A stretch of DNA of 64,000 bases, from NCBI GenBank assembly GCA_036012755.1, contig DASCPX010000129.1, positions 96,001-160,000 of the forward strand, given 5' to 3'. Position numbers and translations under genes: made by a program. Origin of the DNA: Myxococcota bacterium (GTDB lineage Bacteria; Myxococcota_A; UBA796; CAJQPC01). Below, piece by piece: positions 22,692 through 33,400 of the stretch. Below the pieces are notes generated by a model, which was not told where the DNA came from, did no database searches, and saw nothing but the letters and a program-made list of their open reading frames with translations. The number at the start of each line of letters is the position of its first letter. Within the stretch, counting starts at the first letter, position 1.

Positions 22692-24376
22692 GCGGCGGCC
22701 TGGAGTTGATGCAGCGCCGCGTAGAGCCCACCGGCGTCGATGAGCTCGTCGTGGGTGCCGAGCTCCTCGACCACACCGGCTCGCAGGACTGCAATGGTGT
22801 CGCAGGCCCGCACCGTGGCGAGGCGGTGGGCGACGGTGACGACCGTGCGTCCGGCCATCAGGCGGGACAGCGCCCCTTGGACGAGCGCCTCTGTCTCCGG
22901 GTCCACGGCGCTGGTCGCTTCGTCGAGGACCAGGATCTCGGGGTCGTCGACGATGGCGCGGGCGAAGGTGAGCAGCTGGCGCTCCCCCCTGGAGAGGTTG
23001 GAGCCTCCATCCCGGAGCTCGTGGTGCAGGGGCATGTCGATGCCCAGGGTGTCCAGCGCGCGCCTCGCTCGATCCTGGTCGCCGCCGAGGTTGTCCAGCA
23101 CGCTCCCAGCGAAGAGGTGGACATCCTGCAGGACCAGCCCGATGCGTTGGCGGAGGTCCTCGACCGCGAGATCCCGGAGATCGACGCCGTCGATGCGCAC
23201 GCTCCCAGCGGTGGGGTCCCGGAAGCGCAGCAGCAGGTTCAAGACCGTGCTCTTTCCTGCTCCGGTAGCCCCGACGATGCCGACGTGGAGGCCCGCGGGG
23301 ATGTCGAGGCTCAGGCCTCGCAGGACTGGTGTTCCCTCGACGTATTCGAACCGGACCTCGTCGAGCTGCATGCCGAGCTCCACCCCTGGCCAGGGCACCG
23401 CCTCCTCGGGATCCGTGATGTTGCGTGGTGTGTCGAGGATGTCGCTGACCCGGATGGCCGCAGCTCGGGCCCTCTCCAGGGTCGAGAGGTGGTGGGACAG
23501 CCGAATGAGCGGGTGGAACATCTGGCGGAGGTAGCCGAGGCCCATCACCAACGCGCCGATGGTCAAGGTCCCCTGGTCGACCTTCCATGCGCCGACCGCG
23601 AGCAGCACCACCATGCCCAGGCTGCGAACCAGGACCACCGAGTTGAAGTACCAGATGCCCTGCATGTGGGACTTGAACTCCTTGTGGAAGACCTCTTCGT
23701 TGAGCGCCTCGCTGCGGTCGCGCGCCCACTGCTCCCGGCGGAAGCCGCGCAGGGTGGGCATCGCGCGGACGAGCTCGGTGAGCAGTCCCGTCAGCGTCGA
23801 GCGCACCTTGCGCAGGGCCAGGAAGTAAGGGGGGGCGACCTTGCGGAAGAGCGCGAAGAGCAGGAGATAGAAGGGCAGCACTGCGGCGCACAGGGGCGCG
23901 ATCTCCGGGGCCGAGACCGCCATCACGGAGAACATGCCGACGAAGAGCAGGACATCCGCGGGCAGAGCCAGCAGGACCTCGGCGAAGAGCACCCGCAAGG
24001 CGTCGGTGTCGCCCTGCACACGGGTGATGAGGCGCCCGCTGGTGTGCTGGTCGTGGAAGGCCAGGTCGTGCTCGACGAGGTGGTCGAACAAGAGGCGCTT
24101 GAGCCCCTTCATCGCCCGCTGGGCGCAGATCTCGATGCCAACCCGCGCGGCGTAGGTGAGCCCCAGGTTTCCGGCGAGCACGGCGGTGAAGAGCGCTGCC
24201 TTCACCACCAGCCCTTCGCGGTCACCCCTCGCGAGGTCCTCGTCGATCGCGGTCGCCAGCAACCAGGGACCAGCGAGGTTGAGCCCGGTGGCCGCGATGA
24301 GACCCAGGATCGAGGCCGTGAGCAGGCCAAGACGTCCCCGAAACAGCGGGGCCAGTCTCAGGAGGGGGTGAGGCAC
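22688..24376 (-). CDS. ABC exporter half (TMD+NBD)
   Basis: GATGAGKS, LSRGE, VLDEATS, AHRL. Heterodimer partner of the adjacent gene. Confidence 0.93.
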   Translation of the reverse strand: MPHPLLRLAPLFRGRLGLLTASILGLIAATGLNLAGPWLLATAIDEDLARGDREGLVVKAALFTAVLAGNLGLTYAARVGIEICAQRAMKGLKRLLFDHLVEHDLAFHDQHTSGRLITRVQGDTDALRVLFAEVLLALPADVLLFVGMFSVMAVSAPEIAPLCAAVLPFYLLLFALFRKVAPPYFLALRKVRSTLTGLLTELVRAMPTLRGFRREQWARDRSEALNEEVFHKEFKSHMQGIWYFNSVVLVRSLGMVVLLAVGAWKVDQGTLTIGALVMGLGYLRQMFHPLIRLSHHLSTLERARAAAIRVSDILDTPRNITDPEEAVPWPGVELGMQLDEVRFEYVEGTPVLRGLSLDIPAGLHVGIVGATGAGKSTVLNLLLRFRDPTAGSVRIDGVDLRDLAVEDLRQRIGLVLQDVHLFAGSVLDNLGGDQDRARRALDTLGIDMPLHHELRDGGSNLSRGERQLLTFARAIVDDPEILVLDEATSAVDPETEALVQGALSRLMAGRTVVTVAHRLATVRACDTIAVLRAGVVEELGTHDELIDAGGLYAALHQLQAAA

Positions 24377-24412
24377 CGCGACAGGGTAATCACCGGACTC
24401 GGTGCAGAACCC

Positions 24413-25351
24413 TCAGAGCAGCCACTGCATGGCCGCCCAGGCCCCTGCGGCTGCCGCCAGTGGCACGCTCAGGTTGTCGTCGATCCTGCGGGAGACGAGC
24501 TCCGCCACGGTCGCCAGCGGTGCTGCACAGGCGGCCACGACCACCGCGCCGAGGAGGCCGACGGCCGGGTGGAAGACCCACACCGTGACGAAGGTCACGA
24601 TCAAGGCGGTCGCCAGGAAGGCCGCGCTGCCCTGGAGGCTGCGCCCATTCATCAGCTTGATCCTGCCGTAGCGTCGGCCGATGATCGCCGCTATCGGATC
24701 TGCGGCGCCGAGCACGATGACCGCCACGGCGCAGAGCAGCTTCGAGCCCGTCAGCGACAGCAGGAACAAGGCTGTGCAGTACCAGGTGGCCGAGTTCACG
24801 CGGTGGGCCTCGTGGGGGTGGCTCACCTTGGAGAAGACCCACAGCAGGGCGTCGTTCCAGCGGGGCAGGTAGCGGCGCGACAGCTCCAGGGTCCAGGCGA
24901 CGCCGACGAAGGTGGCCGCGACAGCCTGCATCCAGCTGACCGTGAGCACGTGCTCGATGAGCCCGAGCGCCACGAAGCCCCCGAGGACGTGGAGGAGGTT
25001 GCGGGCGTAGTTGCTCGGCCGCAGGGAGGGCACGTGGATGTCGAAGGCCGAGAGCTCGACCGCGAGGGCCTCGTAGGCAGGCTGCAGGGCCAGGCGAAGG
25101 GACTCCCACGCGGCCCGTACGTCCAGCGCGTCCGCGCCGGGCGTGTACTCCCGGATCAAGGCGAGCAGGCTCCCCATGTGTTCGCGCAGCGGGTTGACCA
25201 GGCTGCCCTCCACCAGCGCCTCGAGGCGCTCGGTGAGAGAGGCGAGCCGTCTCGACGCCGCCGCCTCGAAGCCCTCGGTCCAGCGCACCGGGTCGAGGTC
25301 GTGAAGCAGGGCCCGCAGGTCGAGCGCGATGGCTGCTGCTGCTGCGCTCAC
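24413..25351 (-). CDS. CTP-dependent diacylglycerol/polyprenol (phytol/dolichol-type) kinase family protein
   Basis: ARNLLH, ADPIAAIIGRRYG, RSLQGS, DDNLSVP motifs; N-terminal helical extension. Confidence 0.85.
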   Translation of the reverse strand: MSAAAAAIALDLRALLHDLDPVRWTEGFEAAASRRLASLTERLEALVEGSLVNPLREHMGSLLALIREYTPGADALDVRAAWESLRLALQPAYEALAVELSAFDIHVPSLRPSNYARNLLHVLGGFVALGLIEHVLTVSWMQAVAATFVGVAWTLELSRRYLPRWNDALLWVFSKVSHPHEAHRVNSATWYCTALFLLSLTGSKLLCAVAVIVLGAADPIAAIIGRRYGRIKLMNGRSLQGSAAFLATALIVTFVTVWVFHPAVGLLGAVVVAACAAPLATVAELVSRRIDDNLSVPLAAAAGAWAAMQWLL

Positions 25352-25549
25352 TCGGCGCCCCTGGGCGATGCGGGCGGGGGCGTTGCTTTCTTCACTGGGG
25401 CTCCGAGGCCTGAACGTAGCCCGTGAGGTCGCTCCTGGTCACTGGCATCTGGCTCAACCCATTGCAGAACGCGTCCGTTATATGCCTGCCCACTTGCCCG
25501 ATCGGCTCGCGGATCCTAATCTTCCGCGTCTTTCGCATGGAGGCTGTAC

Positions 25550-25966
25550 ATGTCGACCGCCGACGCCTCGCCCAACGATGTCCCCGTCGAGGACGAATAC
25601 CTCTCAGTCGACGAGGTCGTGCACCTCAGAGGCATCCTGCGCGAGCGGGCCGAGAAGCTGCTCGACACCTCCCGCCAGAGCCTGACGGAGCTCACCGAGC
25701 TCAAGGAGGTCGACGCGGACGCTGTCGACCAGGCCGCGAACGAGTCGGATCGCGGCTTCTCGCTGCGCCTCGCGGATCGCGACCGGCTCATGCTCCGCAA
25801 GATCCGCAAGGCCCTGGAGCGCGTCGATGAGGGGGAGTACAGCGTCTGCGAGAGCTGCGGCGAGCCCATCACCTACAAGCGGCTCCTCGCCCGCCCTGTG
25901 GCGACCCTGTGCATCGACTGCAAGACCACAGCAGAGCAGCAGGAACGCCGCAGGTGGGACTTCTGA
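25550..25966 (+). CDS. dksA: RNA polymerase-binding factor DksA/TraR family
   Basis: DAVDQA coiled-coil tip, CESC...CIDC zinc finger; GGAGG RBS. Confidence 0.9.
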   Translation: MSTADASPNDVPVEDEYLSVDEVVHLRGILRERAEKLLDTSRQSLTELTELKEVDADAVDQAANESDRGFSLRLADRDRLMLRKIRKALERVDEGEYSVCESCGEPITYKRLLARPVATLCIDCKTTAEQQERRRWDF

Positions 25967-25985
25967 GCTCCGAGCGCTGTTCGGC

Positions 25986-26609
25986 ATGCTCGAGATAGCC
26001 CCCCGCCGAGCTGAGCTGGAGCGCCTCGGATTCACGATCGTCCGCGATCTGCCTGACGAGGTCGTCGGCGTTCGCATGCGCTTCCACTGGGACCTCACGA
26101 TGCGGCTGTTCACGGTCTGCCGCCTGCGCAAGGTCGCGCGGCTGGAGCGTGACGGCCTCGAGCGGGAGCAGGACAGCATCGAGGCCATCGCCAAGAAGAC
26201 CGACACCTCGGTCCTCCCTCGCGGCTTCCAGTTCGGCTGGCAGCTCATCGACATCTGGCTCGCGGACAGCGCCTCTGAAGAAGTGCTCGCCTTCGCCGGC
26301 GACAAGATCGGCAAGGGCTTCGGCCTGTCCTGGCACCCGGCGGTCGTCACCGCTGATGGGGCCACCTTCGCCTCTCCCATCTGGGGGGCGGCGATGTGGC
26401 CCAAGAACAAGCACGTCATCGAGCGCGTCGGCACCCTCGAAGGCCCTGACGAGGCCCCCCTGGCAGGTCTGGGCCTCGCGCTGACGGTGCTCGTGTTCTG
26501 GCCGGCGTTGGCCGGCGTCGTGTTGATGCTCTGCGGCCTTCCGCTGATCGCCTTCCCCCTCGGCTACCTGCTGGAGAAGGACCGGTCGCCCCCTCAGCTG
26601 GACGGCTGA
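25986..26609 (+). CDS. Hypothetical protein with C-terminal TM hairpin
   Basis: Host-like codon usage, hydrophobic C-terminus. Confidence 0.7.
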   Translation: MLEIAPRRAELERLGFTIVRDLPDEVVGVRMRFHWDLTMRLFTVCRLRKVARLERDGLEREQDSIEAIAKKTDTSVLPRGFQFGWQLIDIWLADSASEEVLAFAGDKIGKGFGLSWHPAVVTADGATFASPIWGAAMWPKNKHVIERVGTLEGPDEAPLAGLGLALTVLVFWPALAGVVLMLCGLPLIAFPLGYLLEKDRSPPQLDG

Positions 26610-27427
26610 AAGCAGCTGAGCTCGCCCAGCTCGACCCAGGGCCTGTCCTCGCTGTTGGCCAGCGGCATGGACCTCGCCGTGAGGATCTCGACGCCTCGCT
26701 TCGTGAGCGCCAGCGTGTGCTCGAACTGGGCGGACAGCGAGCCGTCGCTGGTGACCGCGGTCCAGCCGTCGTCCAACTCGTGGCAGCGCCAGTCGCCGAG
26801 GTTGATCATCGGCTCGATGGTGAAGCACATGCCGCGCTTGAGCTTCGGGCCGGTGCCGGGCACGCCGTGGTGGGGAACGCTGGGCTCGCTGTGGAAGACA
26901 CGCCCGATGCCGTGGCCGCAGTAGGCGCGAACCACCGAGCATCCGTTGGCCTCGGCGTAGGTCTGGATCGCGTGACCGATGTCCCCCACACGGGCTCCAG
27001 GCCGCATCGCTGCGCGGATGCCGATCTCCAGGCACCCTCGGGCGACCTCTGTGACCTGGCGGGCTCGGGGGCTGGGCTCGCCGACGTAGAAGGTCGCGCT
27101 CGTGTCGCCGTGGAAGCCGTTGTTCCTGGGCAGGACGGGGGTCACGTCGACGTTGATGATGTCCCCTCTCTCCAGCGCGTATGAGCCGGGGATGCCGTGG
27201 CAGACGACGTTGTTGACGCTCGTGCAGCAGCTCTTGGGGAAGCCCTTGTAGCCGAGCGGGGCGGAGCGAGCGTGGCGCTCTGTGGTGTAGGCCTCGACGA
27301 GGGCGTCGATCTCTCCGGTGGTGATGCCCGGGCGGATCTGGTGCGACACCATGCAGAGGATCTCGGCAGCCAGCTTGCAGGCCCGCCGCATGCCCTCGAT
27401 CTCCGCGCCCGAGTGGTAGTTGATCAC
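26594..27427 (-). CDS. map: Type I methionine aminopeptidase
   Basis: VCHGIP, DVT, HGDT, GHGIG, FTIEPMIN, AQFEHT. Confidence 0.96.
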   Translation of the reverse strand: MINYHSGAEIEGMRRACKLAAEILCMVSHQIRPGITTGEIDALVEAYTTERHARSAPLGYKGFPKSCCTSVNNVVCHGIPGSYALERGDIINVDVTPVLPRNNGFHGDTSATFYVGEPSPRARQVTEVARGCLEIGIRAAMRPGARVGDIGHAIQTYAEANGCSVVRAYCGHGIGRVFHSEPSVPHHGVPGTGPKLKRGMCFTIEPMINLGDWRCHELDDGWTAVTSDGSLSAQFEHTLALTKRGVEILTARSMPLANSEDRPWVELGELSCFQPSS

Positions 27428-27476
27428 GCCGTCGCCCTCGCCGTCGTCCTGATAGCTTGGAGGTCGAGAACAGACC

Positions 27477-27878
27477 ATGTCAGCCAGCTTCCAGACCCAG
27501 ACGGAACTCTTCGCGCCACCCGCGCGCCTCTTCGACGCCTGGCTCTCCACCATCGAGCAGGCGACCATCACCGGGGCCCCGGCACTCGTCGAGCCCTTCG
27601 TCGGGGGCCGATTCTCTCTCTGGGGCGGCTCCGTGACGGGCCAGCTCGTGTTCATCCAGCGACCCGACCGCATCGCCCAGACATGGCGAACAGAGGACTT
27701 CGGGCCCCGAGCAGATGACAGTCGGTTGGAGCTCAGCTTCGAGCCCACCGCTCGCGGGACGCGTCTTTGCATCACGCAGGACCGCATCCCCCCCGCTCTA
27801 CGCAGGCAGTTCGTCTACGCCTGGAGCCAGGTGTACCTGCCGGCGTTGTCGGCCTGGACCGCCGCCCTGGTCGCCTGA
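27477..27878 (+). CDS. SRPBCC/AHSA1-like domain protein
   Basis: VGGRFSLWGG, RIAQTWR, GTRL. Confidence 0.85.
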   Translation: MSASFQTQTELFAPPARLFDAWLSTIEQATITGAPALVEPFVGGRFSLWGGSVTGQLVFIQRPDRIAQTWRTEDFGPRADDSRLELSFEPTARGTRLCITQDRIPPALRRQFVYAWSQVYLPALSAWTAALVA

Positions 27879-29129
27879 GTGTTGTTCCTGCTCTCCTGCA
27901 GCTGGTCTCCGACTCTCGTCGATGGCGTCAACAGCGTGGCTGTCGATGGCGTCGACGGGCTCTCCTGCACCCTCCGCGCAGACGAGCGCGAGGTCCACGA
28001 GGGCGTCGTCAACGAAGACGGCGAGTACAGACTCCACGGGCTGCTGGCCGAGGAGGTCTACGACTGCTCAGCTGGCGACGTGCTCTTCGAGGTGGAGACC
28101 GAGCCGCTGCCCGAGTGGATCCCGCCGATCACGCTGTCGGGTGACCCGGAGCTGAGCTCTGGCGCGTACACGCTGTTCTCCCACTTCGTCCAGGAACCTG
28201 GCACGGGCCACACGGAGCAGGTCCTGCTCATCGTCGACCGCGAGGGCCAGGTTCGCTGGTACCACCGGCTTCCTCCCGAGATCGGCGTGACGGACGCGAG
28301 CTACACGCCCGACGGCCAGGTGCTCTACGGGGGACGCAACGGGAGCCCCGCCATCGTCAGCCTCTCTGGGGAGAAGCTGTGGACCTGGGACATCGTCGGC
28401 CAGCACCACGACATCGAGATGCTGCCCTCTGGGCGGGTCGCGGCGCTCGTGTACGTGCAGTACTCGGACTACCTGGGCTTCGGCGTGAAGGTCGTCGACC
28501 CCGAGACCGACGAGCTCGAGTACTTCATCCAGGACAGCGAGTTGGAGCTGGAGCTCCCGGATGAAGTCGAGGACGACCGCGATCTCTTCCACGCCAACGC
28601 GCTCCATGTCGAGGAGCGCCACGGCGAGCTCGTCCGACTCTGGGTCAACCTCCAGCACACCTCCCAGCTCATCCGGATTCAGCCGCGGGACCGGGTCATC
28701 GACCTCGACGTCGGCCCCGACAGCGAGTGGACTATGGATGGGGACTGGTGGGAAGGCCCTCATGACCCCAAGTTCTCCGGGGATCGTGTCTTGTTCTTCG
28801 ACAACGGCAACGCCGAGCGCGGGACCCGGATCCAGGAGGTCCTCTTCGACGAGGACGACCTCCAGGCGGTCACCAGCTGGACCTGGTCGCCGGGCTGGTT
28901 CGAGGAGGTCTGGGGGGGCGTCGCCTACCTGCCGGACGACCACGTGCTCGTCGTGCGCGGCCACTGTCGGACCTGCACCTCAGAGGGGCAGAGCGCCTTG
29001 ATCGAGGTGGATCGACAGGGTGGAGTCGTCTGGCAGCTGGAGTTCGAGGAGCTCTCCGGTCTGTACCGGGCCCAGCCCCTGGGCGGATGTGACATCTTCC
29101 TCAACCGCCTCTACTGTCCCGAGGGATAG
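27879..29129 (+). CDS. Arylsulfate sulfotransferase-like beta-propeller lipoprotein
   Basis: DREGQVRWY, QHHD, FHANAL, PHD, FDNG; N-terminus MLFLLSC. Confidence 0.8.
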   Translation: MLFLLSCSWSPTLVDGVNSVAVDGVDGLSCTLRADEREVHEGVVNEDGEYRLHGLLAEEVYDCSAGDVLFEVETEPLPEWIPPITLSGDPELSSGAYTLFSHFVQEPGTGHTEQVLLIVDREGQVRWYHRLPPEIGVTDASYTPDGQVLYGGRNGSPAIVSLSGEKLWTWDIVGQHHDIEMLPSGRVAALVYVQYSDYLGFGVKVVDPETDELEYFIQDSELELELPDEVEDDRDLFHANALHVEERHGELVRLWVNLQHTSQLIRIQPRDRVIDLDVGPDSEWTMDGDWWEGPHDPKFSGDRVLFFDNGNAERGTRIQEVLFDEDDLQAVTSWTWSPGWFEEVWGGVAYLPDDHVLVVRGHCRTCTSEGQSALIEVDRQGGVVWQLEFEELSGLYRAQPLGGCDIFLNRLYCPEG

Positions 29130-29138
29130 AGTCCGGGC

Positions 29139-30443
29139 GTGCTGGCCCCCTTCCTGGCGTGCATTGGCAGCTCGGTCATCGACCGGACCCCTCCGAGCGC
29201 TCCGGTCACCAGCCTCGCCCTGGAGCCAGTCATCGTGCGGGCCTCCGGGACGCTCGTGTGCCGTCTCGCAGGAGAGCCCCACGAGCTCCACAGGGTCGCC
29301 GCCGTTGATGGTGTCTACGCTCTCCATGGCTTGCTGGCGGACTCCACCTACAGCTGCAACGTCGGCCTGGGCGAGCCCTTCGAGGTCACGACGGAGCCCC
29401 TGCCAGACTGGGTCCCGAGGCCTGTCGTCGGGGGGGATCCGGGGAGCAGCGAGGTCGGATACCTGCTGGCCCAGACCTTCTGGCAGGACGATGAGGATCG
29501 TGTGGGCCAGCCCGCGCTCGTGATCCTGGATCGCGAGGGACGTGTTCGCTGGTACCACGCCCTCGGCGAGGACTACGAGGCCGTCGACGCCAGCTACCTT
29601 GGTGACGGACGAGTGCTCTATGGCGGCAACGGTGGCCCTGTCCGAGAGGTCGACCTCTACGGTGAGCCGATCTGGGAGTCCTGGCAAGGCATCCATCACG
29701 ACGTCGAGGAGCTCCCGTCGGGCCTCGTCGCTGGCCTCATCGAGGCGCCACAGCCCGACTACATGGCCTTCGGCGTCGTGGTCTTCGACCCGAACACTGG
29801 CGAGGAGACCTGGCGCTGGGAGTCTCAGGACCACCTCGACACCTTGCCGCTGCCGGCGGAGCACTCCATCTACGACGTCTGGCACGCCAACTCCTTGCAG
29901 ATCGAAGAGGTCGACGGCGTCGTGGAGTCGGCCTGGATCAACGTCCGGAACCAGGACCTCATCCTTCGCATCGATCGCGACAGTGGCGACGTGGACCTGA
30001 GCATCGATCCCAGGGAGTGGTCGATCCAGAAGGCCGGCGGCGAGGACGCCGAGTGGTTCCACCAGCCCCACGACGTCCAGGTCCGTGGCCACGAGATCCT
30101 GCTCTACGACAATGGCTGGGTGGGTGGCTACAGCCGCATCATGGAGTTCGAGTTCGACGAGGACAGCCGCGTCGCGACGGGGACCTTCCAGTGGGGCGAG
30201 AGCTGGTACGAGTCCGTCTGGGGAGGCGTCGACGAGCTCGGCGGGGGACACCTCATCGTCGCTCGGGGCCACTGCACGGGCTGCCCCACGAAGGGGACCG
30301 GCGGGAGTCAGCTCATCGAGGTCGACCGCAGCGCCCACGAGGACGTCTGGCGCGTCCGCTTCGAAGAGGAGGGCGTCGGGCTCTACCGGGTCCGTCCCAT
30401 CGATGGCTGCTCGATCTTCAGCACCTCGCGCTACTGCGACTGA
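29139..30443 (+). CDS. Arylsulfate sulfotransferase-like lipoprotein (tandem paralog)
   Basis: DREGRVRWY, IHHD, WHANSL, QPHD, YDNG; N-terminus MLAPFLAC. Confidence 0.82.
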   Translation: MLAPFLACIGSSVIDRTPPSAPVTSLALEPVIVRASGTLVCRLAGEPHELHRVAAVDGVYALHGLLADSTYSCNVGLGEPFEVTTEPLPDWVPRPVVGGDPGSSEVGYLLAQTFWQDDEDRVGQPALVILDREGRVRWYHALGEDYEAVDASYLGDGRVLYGGNGGPVREVDLYGEPIWESWQGIHHDVEELPSGLVAGLIEAPQPDYMAFGVVVFDPNTGEETWRWESQDHLDTLPLPAEHSIYDVWHANSLQIEEVDGVVESAWINVRNQDLILRIDRDSGDVDLSIDPREWSIQKAGGEDAEWFHQPHDVQVRGHEILLYDNGWVGGYSRIMEFEFDEDSRVATGTFQWGESWYESVWGGVDELGGGHLIVARGHCTGCPTKGTGGSQLIEVDRSAHEDVWRVRFEEEGVGLYRVRPIDGCSIFSTSRYCD

Positions 30444-33400
30444 GCCAGGGGCGCTTCGCCCACCGTGAAGCGTCCTTGCTCGGTGCGGCCGAAGTTCTCC
30501 GGGCGGTACATCTCCTCGGCCGTCGCGGCCGGGTAGCTGTATTCGCCAGGGGTCGTGGCGCGGGCCACGTAGCTGTAGGTGTGGACGCCAGCTGGCATCC
30601 AGTCCGCGTAGAGCATGACCTGGTCGTCTCGGAGCTCCCGGTGGACGAAGACCCAGTCGCTCCACGTCGGGCTCTCGTCCGACCAGCCGGTGTCGTACCA
30701 ACCGCCGTAGTAGCCGTAGTAGCCGTAGCCGGTGTCCTGGAGCTCCCCGTCGCCCAGCGAGGACGCGGAGGTGGCGAAGAAGGTATCCACAGGCTCCAGG
30801 CCCGCTGGGAGCGGGCTGACGACCGCCACGTAGGTCCGGTCGATCGGCGTCGACACGCGGAGCTCGATCTCGACCATCGCGCCCGGGTCGACCTGGTCGG
30901 CCACACCGGCCCCCTCGATGATCGTCATCGTTCGCGTGACGGTGAAGCCCGCGTCCCGTGGCGGCATCTCGTCCATCCCATAGGCCAGTCGCAGCTCGTA
31001 GTACGCGCGCCCGTCCAGAGGTTGGATGGTGACGTCCTTCGAGTCGATACGGTCGATGGGCACCTCGTGCTGCAGCCACTCGCCGGGGGTGAGCTCCTCT
31101 TCGAGCAACAGCGCCCCGATCCTCACGCTGACGGCCCTTGCGGGGTCCCCTTCGTAGACCTCGGCGTAGGCCGAGAGCGCCTGGAAGCTGCGCAGGGTCG
31201 TATAGGTGTTGCCCCACCGGCCCTGGTTGCGGCCGGCGACGATGCCGTTGGCGAGCTTCGGCACGAGCGCGTGCTCGGGCTCGACCACCATGAGCGCGCG
31301 GAGGGCAGCCGCCGTCGGGGCCATGTCGCCGTCGAAGAGCGCGGCCCAGCGGGCCATGTCGTCGTCCTTCACGACGGCTCGGGTGGCCTCGACGAAGAGG
31401 TGGCCCTCGATCTGTCCCTGGAGCTCTGTCGTGCGAGCGTCCGGACCGCTCGTGCGGCCGATGGTCTCCATCAGCTCGAAGCGCCCCGTCAGCGACAGCT
31501 TGTCCCTGCGGTCCCACAAGGCCGAGTTCCAGCCGGGGTCACCCTCGCCAATGCGGGCGAGGGTCAGGGCCACGCGAGAGCGCGCGGACCACGTCGTCTC
31601 CTCCGCCCACCATGTCGGCGTCCAGCGGCCGTCCATGAAGTTGCGGAGGAAGCGCACGGTCTCCTCCGAGACTCCAGGCCCCACGCCTTGGAGCTGTGCG
31701 TGGTGAAGGACCTCGGCGAGGTGAGCAGTGGCCAGCACGGAGGGCTCCTTCTGGCCGGGCCAGTAGGCGTAGCCGCCGCTGGCGTGCTCGAAGAGCTCGA
31801 TGCGAGCGAGCCCGGCGTCGATCAACGCGTCGAGCTCCGCGGGGTCCCGGTCGAGTCCGGCCAGGTCACCGAGGTCCTTCGCCAGGATCGCGGCCAGCAG
31901 GCGCGAGGAGGTCTGCTCCAGGCAACCGTGGGGGTACTGGACGAGGTAGTCGAGGCTGGCGTCGGTGCCGACGAGGACGGTGTTCGAGATCTGGATGTCG
32001 AGCCCGCCGACGCCTGGTTGGGCGCCCTTGGGCATGGTGATGTGTTCAGTGACCTCGCCGGCCGAGGTCCCCGCGGTCGCGACGGTCTCCACCGGGATCG
32101 GTCGCTCGATCGGGATGGTCACCTCCACGCGGTCACGATCCGGTCCGGCCTCGACGTCGAAGGTGAAGACGGCCTCGCCAGGCTCCGGCTCCTGGAGCTC
32201 GAAGGCGACCTCGACGTTGCCCCGAGCTGGCACGGTGACGCTTGTGGTGCCATCGATCAGCTCCACGCCGACGGCCTCTGCGACGACCGCGACCTCGCGG
32301 TCCTCGTCCACGTTGTTGTGCACGACGATGCCGGCCCGGGCCCGGTCACCGACCCGCAACAGCCGCGGCAGGGCAGGCTGCGCGATGAGGGGTCGGCTGA
32401 CCTGGATCTCCCGCTCGGCGCTGCCGAAGCCCTCGGCCTCGTGGAGGACCACAGCCATGATCCTGAAGGTCGTGAGGTCGTCCGGCAGGGTGAAGGTCAC
32501 CCGGACCTTGCCCTCTGCGTCGGCCTCCAGATCCGGCTCCCAGAGGGGAGTCGTCTCGAAGCGTGAGCGCAGGGCGGGCCCGGAGTCGCCGCCGCCGCCG
32601 CCGGCTGGGGCGCCCTTGACCAGCAGCGCGCCGCGGTCGAGCACCTGCCGGCGGGAGTCGGCGGTGCGCACGTTCAAGGGATGGCTGCGCCAGTAGCGGT
32701 CGAAGGGATCCGGGGTCTCGTAGGCGGTCAGGCTGAGGACGCCGTGGTCGACGGCGTAGAGCACCACCTGGGCGCCCTCGGCAGGGCTGCCGTTGCGCGT
32801 GACCGAGACATCGACGGTGACATTCTGGCCGGGCTGGTACACCGAGTCGTCGCTCTCGATCGCGACGTCCAGGTGGCGACCCTCGGCGGAGACCTCGAGC
32901 TCGGTGTAGCCGAGGTGCCAGCTCGGCGTTCCGGCGTCCGGGGAGTCCGCGGGCGGCGCGCTCTCGGTGAGCAGGACGGAGACGAAGACGTTGGGTGCGG
33001 CCTGCTCCGTCAGCGGGATCTCGACGGTCTCGGCAGCGGTCGCCAGCTTCACGACGCGGCGATCGAGGATGCGCTCGCGTTCTACGGTGATCAGGGCGGT
33101 CATGCCCTCCTTCGGGGCCTTCACGAGCAGCTTGGCCGTGTCGCCCGGGGCGTAGCTGCGCTTGTCGGGGACGAGCTCGACGAGGTTGTCGTCTCCGCGC
33201 GCCCAGCTGGCGCCGGAGCCCGCGACGTAGAGGCCTGCTTCGCCCTTGCTGGTCCGGCCCTCGCTGTCCTTCGCGCTGGCGCTGATGACGTAGTAGCCGG
33301 CCTCCTTCGGTGTGAAGGGCACCTTCGCGGCGGTCTCCTCGGAGCTCACGGTTGCCGTCTCGACGGCCTCGTCGGTGGGCTCGCTCTCCCAGGTCCAGTA

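Noticed and set aside
25450..25466. TGGC...TTGCA sigma54-like site upstream of dksA
   Set aside because: GG-to-GC spacing is 11 nt, not the required 10.
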